Program-made: the position numbers and the translations under genes
NCBI GenBank assembly: GCA_046733215.1
Contig: JBKPOS010000056.1
Location: 1-58,649, forward strand
From: Gemmatimonadota bacterium
GTDB lineage: Bacteria; Gemmatimonadota; Gemmatimonadetes; Gemmatimonadales; GWC2-71-9
Length of the DNA stretch: 58,649 bases
Reading direction: 5' to 3'
Notes under the pieces: model-generated
Databases searched by the model: none
What the model was told of the DNA's origin: nothing
Seen by the model: only the letters and a program-made list of their open reading frames with translations
Shown: in pieces, positions 19,451 to 28,417 of the stretch
Layout of the letters: each line of letters opens with the position of its first letter
How positions within the stretch are numbered: position 1 is the first letter of the stretch

Positions 19451-20412
19451 AGAAGGTTGGGGTGGTGGGCTCCCTCGTGTGGGACGAAATTCACGGGCGC
19501 GATCCGGCGGCGCCGCCGGTCGAGGAATGGGGCGGCATCGCGTACGCTTTGGGCGGCCTGGACGCAGCGCTACCGGACGATTGGGAGATCGTGCCACTCA
19601 TCAAGGTGGGCCGCGATCTCGCACCGCAAGCCGGCGAGTTTCTGCGCTCGCTCCGCCGAGTGGCGCCGGGCGCCCGGTTTGTCGAAGTGCCGGTACCCAA
19701 CAATCGCGTAGTGCTGTACTACGAATCGGCCGACCGCCGCTGCGAGCGGATGTCGGGGGGTGTCCCCGCGTGGACCTGGCCCGAGCTCGGCCCCATGGTG
19801 CGGGATCTCGATGCCGTTTACCTGAACTTCATCTCCGGCTTCGAAATGTGTCTGGGCACGGCGCAGGCGCTGCGGCACGGGTTTCAGGGACCGATTTACG
19901 CTGACGTGCATAGCCTGTTTCTCGGCATGCAGCAGGACGGCATCAGAGTGCTGCGCCCCCTGCCGGACGCAACTGACTGGTTCGCCTGTTTCGACGTGGT
20001 GCAGGTGAACGAGGATGAGATGCGGCAGCTATCGCCGGATCCAATGGGCATGGCTGCGCAGGTGCTCGGCGCGGGCGTGTCGCTTCTTGCGGTGACGCTG
20101 GGGCCGCGGGGGGCGGCCTACGTCGCGACTGCCGGATTCGACCGCTGGGAGAAAGGGAGGTCTCTTTCCCCCCTTCCCCCTTTCCCCTCTTCCCCCGCGC
20201 GTACGGCTCTCATCCCTGCGCCCGCCGTGGATGCGCTCGACCCCACCGGCTGCGGCGATGTGTTCGGCGCGGTCCTGTGCTCCCGACTGCTGGCGGGGGA
20301 GGATGTGGAAGCCGCGTTGCGCGAGGCGAACCGGCTCGCGGCTCGGAACGCCACGTTCCGCGGAGCGGGCGGGCTCTCGCGATTTCTGCGCGGTGAGCTG
20401 GTCACCGCGTGA
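19447..20412 (+). CDS. PfkB/ribokinase-family carbohydrate kinase
   Basis: TTG start overlapping the ROK stop; WGGIAY, QVNEDE, VTLGPRG, DPTGCGDVF anion-hole motif. Confidence 0.85.
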   Translation: MKKVGVVGSLVWDEIHGRDPAAPPVEEWGGIAYALGGLDAALPDDWEIVPLIKVGRDLAPQAGEFLRSLRRVAPGARFVEVPVPNNRVVLYYESADRRCERMSGGVPAWTWPELGPMVRDLDAVYLNFISGFEMCLGTAQALRHGFQGPIYADVHSLFLGMQQDGIRVLRPLPDATDWFACFDVVQVNEDEMRQLSPDPMGMAAQVLGAGVSLLAVTLGPRGAAYVATAGFDRWEKGRSLSPLPPFPSSPARTALIPAPAVDALDPTGCGDVFGAVLCSRLLAGEDVEAALREANRLAARNATFRGAGGLSRFLRGELVTA

Positions 20413-21308
20413 CTCGGGTCGTCGAGGTTCCGGCCCACTTCGACGATCGAAGCTTCGATCAGTTCGCCGCGGGCTTCGATACCTGGCCGCCCGAGGAGCG
20501 CGTGCTCCTGGACGCTCGCGCGACCCAATGGGCCTCGCCTTACGGACTGGTCGGGCTTCTCACGGCCGGCCAGGCATTGTCGGAGGCACGTAAAGAGCGC
20601 CCGCTGTTGACGGTGCCGGCCAGCGACGAAGTGAGGCGCTACTGGACCCGGACCGGCTTCTTCGCCCACGCGGCCGAGTTGTTCGAAGTGCACGGCAAGG
20701 TCCCCCGAGCCGCTGCCACGGGACCGTCGGACGTGTTGCTGGACGTGACGCCCATTCGCGCGTCCGAAGACATTCATGAGATCGTCGGCAAGATTCAGGA
20801 GAATGCGGCACGAATTCTGACCGGCGAGCTCGGCATCGAGGCCAAGGCAACCATGGGATTTGCCATGGCGCTTTCGGAGGCATGTCAGAATATTGTTGAG
20901 CACGCGGGCACCAGTGGCTGGGTGGCGGTACAAGCGTATACCTTTCGCCGTCGGCTCGGTCGTCGGGTTGTCGTGATCGCAGTGAGCGACGCCGGCGTCG
21001 GGTTCAGACGCTCCCTCGAAAGCACACAGGCTCGCCGCTTTGGAGACCGTTGGGGCGACGGCAGCGCGCTCGAAGCCGCTCTGATTCAGAACGTCAGCCG
21101 CTTTCGCGACCCCGGACGAGGACAGGGACTGGCGGGCATCAAGCGATACTTGTCACGGTGGCAGGGCAAGATCAGCATCAGAAGCGGTACCGCACGTCTC
21201 GCCATCGTGCCGGCATGGGACGACGACGTGCCGCTAGTTGATCACCTTCCTTATTTCCCTGGAGCCCAGGTGCAGGTCACCATTCCCGCCCAGAACGCGG
21301 AGCCCTGA
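20409..21308 (+). CDS. STAS-like domain fused to a HATPase_c domain (anti-sigma/Ser-kinase-like)
   Basis: N-terminal VLLDARATQWASPYGL; GHKL boxes SEACQNIVEHA (N), VSDAGVGF (G1), GRGQGL (G2), PGAQV; no HisKA domain. Confidence 0.75.
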   Translation: MTRVVEVPAHFDDRSFDQFAAGFDTWPPEERVLLDARATQWASPYGLVGLLTAGQALSEARKERPLLTVPASDEVRRYWTRTGFFAHAAELFEVHGKVPRAAATGPSDVLLDVTPIRASEDIHEIVGKIQENAARILTGELGIEAKATMGFAMALSEACQNIVEHAGTSGWVAVQAYTFRRRLGRRVVVIAVSDAGVGFRRSLESTQARRFGDRWGDGSALEAALIQNVSRFRDPGRGQGLAGIKRYLSRWQGKISIRSGTARLAIVPAWDDDVPLVDHLPYFPGAQVQVTIPAQNAEP

Positions 21309-21847
21309 TGGTTCAGACGATCAGCCTGCATCACGTCCTGCAGGAAGCGGTGGCAACCCCGTACCGCAACCTGGTCACCCGCGCCACGGGAATCGCGGTC
21401 CGCGGCAGGATCGAAGCGACACTGGCAACCGGCGGGGGTCATACCACGCTGCTCGATTTTTCCGGTGTCGACTGCCTCGACATGAGTTGCGCCGACGAGA
21501 TCGTTGCCAAGCTGCTGCTCGCCGCTGCCAGCGGCGATCGGGTACTGGTGCTCACGGGTGTCAGAGAAGAGCAGCGCGAGGCATTGGAGCACGTGCTGGC
21601 GCACCATCATCTCGCGGTGGCCGCTTGCTTCAGGGGCACCGATGCGCCCGACGTGCTTGGCTGGATCAGCGTTGACGCCCGTGAGGCGTTCGCGGATCTG
21701 CGCCGGCGCGGTTCAACTGACGTATTGGGTCTCGCGGGCCGCATGACCTGGCCGGTTGAGCGGGCCGCCTTTGCGCTCGACGACCTCGCCGGTCACCGAA
21801 TCGCACAGCCGATCGGCGGGGTGTATCACGTCGTGAACGTTTCGTGA
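21308..21847 (+). CDS. STAS-like (DUF4325-like) domain with a C-terminal winged helix
   Basis: LVTRATG..VR, LLDFSGVDCLDMSCADEIVAKL; C-terminal LRRRGSTDVLGLAGRMTWPVERA..ALDDL...GGVYH resembles a wHTH. Confidence 0.65.
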   Translation: MVQTISLHHVLQEAVATPYRNLVTRATGIAVRGRIEATLATGGGHTTLLDFSGVDCLDMSCADEIVAKLLLAAASGDRVLVLTGVREEQREALEHVLAHHHLAVAACFRGTDAPDVLGWISVDAREAFADLRRRGSTDVLGLAGRMTWPVERAAFALDDLAGHRIAQPIGGVYHVVNVS

Positions 21848-22992
21848 GCGGTCAGCGAGGACTCTCAACCACCGCCGTTCATGGAGTGATCCATCGCCGG
21901 GCCGAGTGGTCTCCAGTTGCGCCCGCGATCGTCCAAAGCTCCACCTACGTCAATCCCGTCGGCTCCGACGAGCCTGTTCTCTACGCCGGCGACGGCAACA
22001 CTCCTACCCAACTCGCGGTCGCCCAGAAGTACGCTGCTCTCGAGGGTGCGGAAGCCGCAGTCATGGTGGCAAGCGGAATGGCCGCCACGGCGCTTGCGCA
22101 TCTCGCGATGCTTCGCCCGGGTGACCACCTCATCTCATCGCGCTGGATCTACGGCGGAACGCAACGACTCTTCGACGAAGAGCTGGCCCGGTTCGGGATC
22201 GGAATCACCTATATAAGCCCGGACGAGCCGAGGCTGTGGCGTAAGAGCGTCCGTAAAGAGACCCGGGCCATCTTCGTAGAAACGCCCACCAATCCGCTGA
22301 TCCGGGTGGTTGATCTCCAGCCGATTCTCAAGATTGCCAAGGAGTTCGGGTTGGCACTGCTGGTGGACGGCACTTTCGCCAGCCCGATCAACTTTCGGCC
22401 GCTCGAGCACGGGGCCGACGTCGTCATCACCAGCGCCACCAAGTACCTCAACGGGCACAGTGATGCGATCGCGGGCGCAGTCGCCGGCTCCGCCTCGTTC
22501 GTCGACGAAGTCAGCCGGCTGATGCGGCTGTGGGGGCAAGCCATCGACCCCTTCGCGGCCTGGTTGCTCGATCGCGGACTCAGAACCCTCGCAGTTCGAG
22601 TCGAGCGCCACAACGCCAATGGACTCGCGGTCGCCCAGTGGGCGGCCAAGCAGAAGTGGATCGAGAAGGTGCATTACCCCGGCCTCCGCGCCCATCCCGA
22701 TCACGCAATCGCCGCGCGAGTGCTCGGCGGATTTGGTGGAATGATAGGGCTCCAACTAGCCGGCGGCGCACCCGCGGCCGAGCGCTTCCTTGCCCGCTTG
22801 CGCGTGGTAATCCATGCGCCGAGCCTCGCGGGAGTGGAGAGCCTGATCTCGGAGCCACGCCTCACGTCGCACGTGCATCTCTCGCCGGAGCAGCGGGCAA
22901 CGCTGGGATTTCCCGATGGGTTTGTGCGACTGAGCTGCGGGATCGAAGATGCGGGTGACATTATCGCGGACTTGGAGCAGGCGGGAAGGTAG
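21844..22992 (+). CDS. Cys/Met metabolism PLP-dependent enzyme (cystathionine gamma-synthase / methionine gamma-lyase family)
   Basis: ASGMAA, YGGT, ETPTNP, SATKYLNGHSD (PLP lysine), SLAGVESL, RLSCGIED. Confidence 0.92.
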   Translation: MSGQRGLSTTAVHGVIHRRAEWSPVAPAIVQSSTYVNPVGSDEPVLYAGDGNTPTQLAVAQKYAALEGAEAAVMVASGMAATALAHLAMLRPGDHLISSRWIYGGTQRLFDEELARFGIGITYISPDEPRLWRKSVRKETRAIFVETPTNPLIRVVDLQPILKIAKEFGLALLVDGTFASPINFRPLEHGADVVITSATKYLNGHSDAIAGAVAGSASFVDEVSRLMRLWGQAIDPFAAWLLDRGLRTLAVRVERHNANGLAVAQWAAKQKWIEKVHYPGLRAHPDHAIAARVLGGFGGMIGLQLAGGAPAAERFLARLRVVIHAPSLAGVESLISEPRLTSHVHLSPEQRATLGFPDGFVRLSCGIEDAGDIIADLEQAGR

Positions 22993-22995
22993 GAT

Positions 22996-23068
22996 CTATC
23001 AGCTGATCCGAAGCTAGCTCGAAGCCGATTCCTGGCCCAGCATCTCTGATAGCTGATAGCTACAAGCT
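22996..23068. repeat. CTGATAG heptamer units in inverted arrangement between the PLP lyase gene and ftsE
   Basis: CTATCAGCT at 22996 and CTGATAG-CTGATAG-CTACAAG at 23046-23066. Confidence 0.6.
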
Positions 23069-23097
23069 CATGCCCTCATTACTTATCTTTCCCACCT

Positions 23098-23790
23098 GTG
23101 ATCCGCTTCCACAACGTCTTCAAGTCCTACCCCAACGGCGCTCTCGCTCTGAAGGACGTCACCTTCCACGTCTCCAAGGGCGAGTTCGTGTTTCTGACCG
23201 GTCACAGCGGCGCCGGCAAGTCCACCATCATGAAGCTGCTTTTCGCCGAGCAGCGTCCGAGCCAGGGTGATGTACGGGTCTCCGGCTTCGCCGTGTCGTC
23301 GATCGGCAGCGGCGACATTCCTCGACTGCGCCGCCGGCTCGGTATCGTGTTTCAGGACTTCCGGCTGCTGGAAGATCGGACCGCGTCCGAGAACGTCGCC
23401 TTTGCACTGGAGGTGACCGGAGCACGGCGCGATACGATTCCCGCCCGTGTGATGCGGGTGCTTACCCAGGTCGGGCTTGCGGCCAAAGGCCGGGCGTATC
23501 CGCGCGAGCTGTCCGGCGGCGAGCAGCAGCGAGTGGCGATCGCACGGGCGCTGGTCAACGATCCGGCCATTCTCCTGGCTGACGAGCCGACCGGCAATCT
23601 CGACGAGCGGGCGACCCGCGGCGTCTTCCAGCTGCTGCGAGAGATCAACGCCGGCGGCACGGTCATCGTCATGGCCACACACGATCTCGACCTGGTCCGC
23701 CAGGCACCCTACCGCACGATCGAGATGCGTGACGGTGCCGTCGTCTACGACAGCGCGGAGGACGAGTCTTCCGAGGAAGCCACCTCGTGA
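23098..23790 (+). CDS. ftsE: Cell division ATP-binding protein
   Basis: GHSGAGKST, IVFQDFRLL, LSGGEQQRVAIARA, DEPTGNLD; followed by ftsX. Confidence 0.95.
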   Translation: MIRFHNVFKSYPNGALALKDVTFHVSKGEFVFLTGHSGAGKSTIMKLLFAEQRPSQGDVRVSGFAVSSIGSGDIPRLRRRLGIVFQDFRLLEDRTASENVAFALEVTGARRDTIPARVMRVLTQVGLAAKGRAYPRELSGGEQQRVAIARALVNDPAILLADEPTGNLDERATRGVFQLLREINAGGTVIVMATHDLDLVRQAPYRTIEMRDGAVVYDSAEDESSEEATS

Positions 23791-24656
23791 GACTTTTGTT
23801 TCGCGAGGCGCTGCTTTCGTTCAGGCGGGCTCCCCTGCTCTCGGGCCTTTCGGTCACGACGATCGCGTTCTCGCTCTTCACTCTTGGTCTTTTTCTGCTG
23901 GTCGCGGTCAATCTCCGCGAGGCCCTCAAGGGACTCGAGGAGCGAGTGGAGATCGTCGCATTCGTCCTGCGGGGCACGCCGCCCGAGACCATTACACTCG
24001 CCTCCCAGGACATCGCCGTCTTTCCCGAAGTCCAAGCGGTGGATTACATCACCGAGGAACAGGCGCTGGCCCGCGCACGGAAAGAGCTGGTCGAGTTCCG
24101 CGATGCCTACCGCGATCTGTCGGTCAATCCGCTGCCAGCCTCGTTCGAGATCCGGCTCAAGGACGGATATCGCAACGCTGCGGCCGCTGAGCGAGTCGCG
24201 AAGCGGCTGGAGGGCTTCAGCTTTGTAGAAGACATCCGCTACGGCCGCGACTGGGTTGAACGACTCGACAAGCTGAGGAACCTGGCCGGCATTGTCGGCC
24301 TGGTCATCGGCGCAGCGTTCGCGGCGGTCGCGGTCGTGATCATCGGCGTGACCATTCGGCTGACGATCATGCAGCGGGCCCGCGAGATCAGCATCATGCG
24401 CCTGGTAGGAGCAACGAATCGATTCATTCGAAGCCCCTTCCTGCTCGAAGGCGCGCTCAAGGGCCTGCTCGGCGGACTGCTATCGCTCGCTCTGTGCTAT
24501 GCCGGCTTCCGATTGTTTCGCGACAGCAACCTGGGCACGCTCGGCGGCCTGATCTTCTTCGGACCGGAACAGATGGCCATGCTGGTGGTCTTTGGCGTGC
24601 TTCTCGGCCTGTTCGGCAGCCTGGTGAGCGTGGGTCGGCATTTGAGAAAGGTGTGA
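23787..24656 (+). CDS. ftsX: Cell division permease
   Basis: 4 TM helices, NPLPASF, REISIMRLVGAT..FIRSPFLLEG. Confidence 0.95.
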   Translation: MRLLFREALLSFRRAPLLSGLSVTTIAFSLFTLGLFLLVAVNLREALKGLEERVEIVAFVLRGTPPETITLASQDIAVFPEVQAVDYITEEQALARARKELVEFRDAYRDLSVNPLPASFEIRLKDGYRNAAAAERVAKRLEGFSFVEDIRYGRDWVERLDKLRNLAGIVGLVIGAAFAAVAVVIIGVTIRLTIMQRAREISIMRLVGATNRFIRSPFLLEGALKGLLGGLLSLALCYAGFRLFRDSNLGTLGGLIFFGPEQMAMLVVFGVLLGLFGSLVSVGRHLRKV

Positions 24657-24657
24657 C

Positions 24658-25929
24658 ATGCGGGGAAAGGGAGAAGGGGAGAAAGAGGGAAAAGGGAGAC
24701 GGCGGCGCCCGTCGTTGCGGTTCCCCTTCCCCCTTTCCCCGTTTCTCCTTTTCTTCCTCTTCTCCTTTCCTCCCGCTCTATCCGCTCAACACAGCGTCAC
24801 TAAACAGCTCGAAGAGAGTCAGCGACGCCTGGAAGAGATCAAGGCCGAGCGCGATAGGCTGCAGCAGCAGCGGGCGCGACTCCAGGGACAGGTCCACGAC
24901 GTCAACGACGAGCTGACCAACCTGGAACGACAGAAGGAATCCACTCAGCGGATCGTGAACGAGATCGAACGACAGATCGGCGGGCTCGCCGGGCAATTGG
25001 ATCACGCGAGCGCGGAGTTGATCCTGGCCGAAGACAACCTGGCCGAGCGGCGTGCGATTCTGGAGCGGCGGCTGATGGACATCTACAAGCGCGGCGCGCT
25101 CTACGCGTTCCAGGTACTGCTCACAGCCGAGTCTTTCGGCGACCTGCTTTCCCGCTACAAGTATCTCTATCTCACCAGCCGCCAGGATCGGGCGCTGGTC
25201 CAAGATGTCGAGAAGCTTCGGAATCGGGTCGTGGTGCAGCGGAACGACATACTACGCGTCCGTGGTGAGCTGGATCGCCGGAGGCAGGAGCGCGAAGCTG
25301 AGTACGAGCGCTACGGTGAACTGGCCAACGAGCGCGCCAGGCGTCTTGCCCAGCTCAAGCGTTCAGCCCAGGCGACGGAACAGAAGCTGTCCGCACTGGA
25401 GCGCGACGAGGCCCGGCTGACTGACGTGCTGGCCGCGCTCGAGCGAGCGCGGCGCGAAGCGAAAGTCCGCGGTGGCGCCGGGCTCGGACCTATTGCAGGT
25501 CCCGGCTCCATCACGACGGCCGACATTGGCAAGCTGGACTGGCCTGTGGACGGAACAATCGTCTATCGCTTCGGCCGTGACACGCTGCCAAGCGGGGGAG
25601 TGATTCGCTGGAACGGGATCGGGATCGCTGCCGCGGCGGGCACACCGGTCAAGGCAGTCGAAGCCGGTCGGGTACGGTTGGTGGGTCAGTTCGGGACGTA
25701 CGGTCTCACCATTCTGGTCGAGCACGGCAACGGCTATTACTCGGTCTACGCGCACCTCCAGTCGGCGTCGGTCAAGCTGAATGATGCGGTGAACAAGGCG
25801 CAGGTGATCGGCACGGTGGGCGGACTGAGCTCGGACTATGGACCGCACCTGCATTTCGAGATTCGGGGAGAGAACCAGATCGCGCTCGATCCGGCAGATT
25901 GGCTGAAAAAGGCGGCGAAAAAGCAGTAA
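24658..25929 (+). CDS. envC: Murein hydrolase activator (coiled coil plus M23 domain)
   Basis: Long coiled coil; degenerate M23 (WNGIGI, YAHL, HLHFEIR); follows ftsEX. Confidence 0.85.
   Translation: MRGKGEGEKEGKGRRRRPSLRFPFPLSPFLLFFLFSFPPALSAQHSVTKQLEESQRRLEEIKAERDRLQQQRARLQGQVHDVNDELTNLERQKESTQRIVNEIERQIGGLAGQLDHASAELILAEDNLAERRAILERRLMDIYKRGALYAFQVLLTAESFGDLLSRYKYLYLTSRQDRALVQDVEKLRNRVVVQRNDILRVRGELDRRRQEREAEYERYGELANERARRLAQLKRSAQATEQKLSALERDEARLTDVLAALERARREAKVRGGAGLGPIAGPGSITTADIGKLDWPVDGTIVYRFGRDTLPSGGVIRWNGIGIAAAAGTPVKAVEAGRVRLVGQFGTYGLTILVEHGNGYYSVYAHLQSASVKLNDAVNKAQVIGTVGGLSSDYGPHLHFEIRGENQIALDPADWLKKAAKKQ
24662..24775. repeat. Purine arm / pyrimidine arm quasi-palindrome inside the EnvC N-terminus
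   Basis: GGGGAAAGGGAGAAGGGGAGAAAGAGGGAAAAGGGAGA...TTCCCCTTCCCCCTTTCCCCGTTTCTCCTTTTCTTCCTCTTCTCCTTTCC. Confidence 0.8.
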
Positions 25930-25974
25930 CAAAAGGCGAGGAAAGGGAGAAAGGCGAATGGGGAAATGGGGAGG
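25930..25974. repeat. Purine-rich repeat tract between the convergent envC and GGDEF genes
   Basis: AAAAGGCGAGGAAAGGGAGAAAGGCGAATGGGGAAATGGGGAG. Confidence 0.65.
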
Positions 25975-25985
25975 CGCCGGCCGCC

Positions 25986-27419
25986 TTATTCCGCCACGCC
26001 GATCCTCTCCTCCGCTTGCGCCTTCCCGAGTCTGAGCGCCGCCTCCAGCAAGACCAGCAGGTCGTCCGTCTGCTCGATGGCCGGATGTGGGTATGCCACA
26101 ATGCCCGCCGCCATTCGTGGACGCTCGCCGGGCGGGAGTCCCGCGAACGACTCCACGTTGAGTCGCGCCCGCAATCGATGAACCAGCTCTCTTGCCCCGT
26201 ACGCGCCGGTCTCGGCCAGCACAAGCGCGAACTCGTCGCCACCGTAGCGCGCGACGAAATCCGAGGCCCGGATCTCCGCTTGCAGTGTCCGCCCCAGCTC
26301 AGCCAGCAGCCGGTCCCCGCTCGGTCGGCCTAATCGGTTGTTCAGCGCATTCTGGTGATCCACGTCCAGCAGTATCAGGCTGAACGAAAGCGCATACCGC
26401 TTCGCCCGCTCCGCCTCGTCCCGGATCTTTCGATCGAGCACATCGGTGGTGGGAAGACCCGTAAGCGCGTCGGTCGCTTGGGAGCCGTTCGACACGATCA
26501 GCGCGCGTGCATCCGCGTCGACGAGTCGTGCCGCCACACGCGCAACTTGCATCGCGAACAGCTCCTCGGTAACGCTGAGTCGAGCGCTGGCGTCCTGCGT
26601 GCGGAGGAGCAGCACGCCGACCAGGCGGTCGGCGATCGTCATCGGCATGGCAGCGACAGCACGGACCGGGACGCCCGTGCCTTCGTACCCCCAGCGCCTC
26701 CGTGCGGCCTCGAACAAGGGGTCGTTCTGCACATCGGAAATGACGACCGGCCTTCCCGTACGCAGCGCTTCGGCCAGCTCAGGGTAGCGCTCGATGTCGA
26801 GTCGAACATCTCGAGACGACATACCCCGGCTGCCCGCTATGATCCGGGCCGCACCGACCGATTCGGTCGCGAGCACGAACGCCGCCTCCCACCGCGGGAG
26901 CGTCCGCCCTACCCGGTCCACCATCACGTCGAGAATCTCAGCAAGTCGCCGATCAATCCAGGCGTGCTCCACCAAATCGAGCAACAGGTCCTGGACGCGA
27001 CCGTTGCCGGCTACGCGATCGCCCGCTCGGCGACGTGCCCGAGTCTCGACACGTGCGCACAGCTCCGGCAGGTGGAGCGGTGACGCAAGCGCGTCGTCCG
27101 CGCCGAATCCCAGCGCGCGAGTGGGCCCTTCTCGATCAGGCGAGCCGAGCACAGCAACCAGGGGCACCTGGCCGCCCCAGGCAGCTTGGAGCGCCTGCAC
27201 CAGCATGGCCAGCGATCCGTCCGCTTCGCCGGCCGTAACGACGGCTACGTCCGGCTTTGCGGCGAGTTCGGGTGGGCCTTGCGCCGGAGCCGCAGCCTCG
27301 ATCACATGGAAGCCGGCGCGGCTGAGCGCGCGCTCCATCCCGTACGGACGCGCCGAGACGTCCCCGACAAGGAGGACTCGGGGCCGATCCCCGCCATTTT
27401 CCGGCAGGAGCTCGGTCAC
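25986..27419 (-). CDS. Diguanylate cyclase: pseudo-REC, GAF and GGDEF domains
   Basis: DALTGL, RASD I-site, ARYGGDEF; central GAF (VVISDVQNDPLF); start GTG 27419 or TTG 27437. Confidence 0.85.
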   Translation of the reverse strand: MTELLPENGGDRPRVLLVGDVSARPYGMERALSRAGFHVIEAAAPAQGPPELAAKPDVAVVTAGEADGSLAMLVQALQAAWGGQVPLVAVLGSPDREGPTRALGFGADDALASPLHLPELCARVETRARRRAGDRVAGNGRVQDLLLDLVEHAWIDRRLAEILDVMVDRVGRTLPRWEAAFVLATESVGAARIIAGSRGMSSRDVRLDIERYPELAEALRTGRPVVISDVQNDPLFEAARRRWGYEGTGVPVRAVAAMPMTIADRLVGVLLLRTQDASARLSVTEELFAMQVARVAARLVDADARALIVSNGSQATDALTGLPTTDVLDRKIRDEAERAKRYALSFSLILLDVDHQNALNNRLGRPSGDRLLAELGRTLQAEIRASDFVARYGGDEFALVLAETGAYGARELVHRLRARLNVESFAGLPPGERPRMAAGIVAYPHPAIEQTDDLLVLLEAALRLGKAQAEERIGVAE

Positions 27420-27436
27420 GGTCTTGAGGAGTGGCA

Positions 27437-28330
27437 ATGCATCGATCGTCTGTCCAACCGGAACGGCTGGGCGCTCACGTCTCCATCCAGGGTGGCGTGG
27501 ACACAGCCCCGGCGCGCGGCCTCGCCATCGGCGCTACCGCGATCCAGGTTTTCACAAAGACGCCGAACCAGTGGCGGGAGCCGGCCCTCTCGGCCGGGAC
27601 CTGCGCTGCGTTTCGGCGTGAGGTATCGAGATCGGGGTTACGGGGTGTCGTCGCGCACGATTCGTACCTTATTAATCTCGCCTCGCCGGATCCGCTGGTA
27701 AGTCTGCGATCCATCGGGGCTTTCAAGGCCGAGCTCGAGCGCTGTACAGCCCTGGGCATCCGCTACCTGGTGTCGCACCCGGGCAACTACATTGATGACC
27801 GTGACTTAGGCCTGAAGCGCAACGCGGAGGCCTACGCCCTGTGCCTGCAGGCAGTCCCGGGCCGGGTCATGGTTCTGCTCGAGACCACAGCCGGAACCGG
27901 CACGGCGCTCGGGGCCAGGTTCGAGGAATTGGCCGATCTGCGCGCTCGGATCCCTGCCCCGCTCCGCCGGCGAATCGGGTTCTGCGCCGATACTTGTCAT
28001 CTCTATGCCAGCGGATATGACCTGGTCCGCGACTTCGACGGTGTATGGGACCAGTGGGACCGAATCATCGGACTTCGGCGCCTGTACTGCATTCACCTCA
28101 ACGACTCAAAAACCGCCCTCGGTGCGCGCCGCGACCGGCACGAGCTGATCGCGGAGGGCACCCTGGGTCGCGAGCCTTTTCGGCGTCTCATGACCGATGC
28201 CCGTTTTTCCCGCGTGATCAAGATCCTCGAGACTCCCAAGGGTAACGACGGCAACAAGATGGATCGCAAGATGCTGCGGCGGCTCCGAGCCTACTGCAAA
28301 ACCGCCCGCCGGGTTCGGTCGGTTGCCTAG
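27437..28330 (+). CDS. nfo: Endonuclease IV (AP endonuclease)
   Basis: LGAHVS, HDSYLINLAS, LLETTAG, DTCHL, HLNDSK, DRHE; GAGGAG RBS at 27426. Confidence 0.95.
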   Translation: MHRSSVQPERLGAHVSIQGGVDTAPARGLAIGATAIQVFTKTPNQWREPALSAGTCAAFRREVSRSGLRGVVAHDSYLINLASPDPLVSLRSIGAFKAELERCTALGIRYLVSHPGNYIDDRDLGLKRNAEAYALCLQAVPGRVMVLLETTAGTGTALGARFEELADLRARIPAPLRRRIGFCADTCHLYASGYDLVRDFDGVWDQWDRIIGLRRLYCIHLNDSKTALGARRDRHELIAEGTLGREPFRRLMTDARFSRVIKILETPKGNDGNKMDRKMLRRLRAYCKTARRVRSVA

Positions 28331-28417
28331 GCGGCGTTGCGAGTCGATCTTTCCTGACTCTGCGGCGCCCGCGCCGCTGATGTGACCTCGATCGCGCCCC
28401 AGCGCGCAGTGGGAGAT

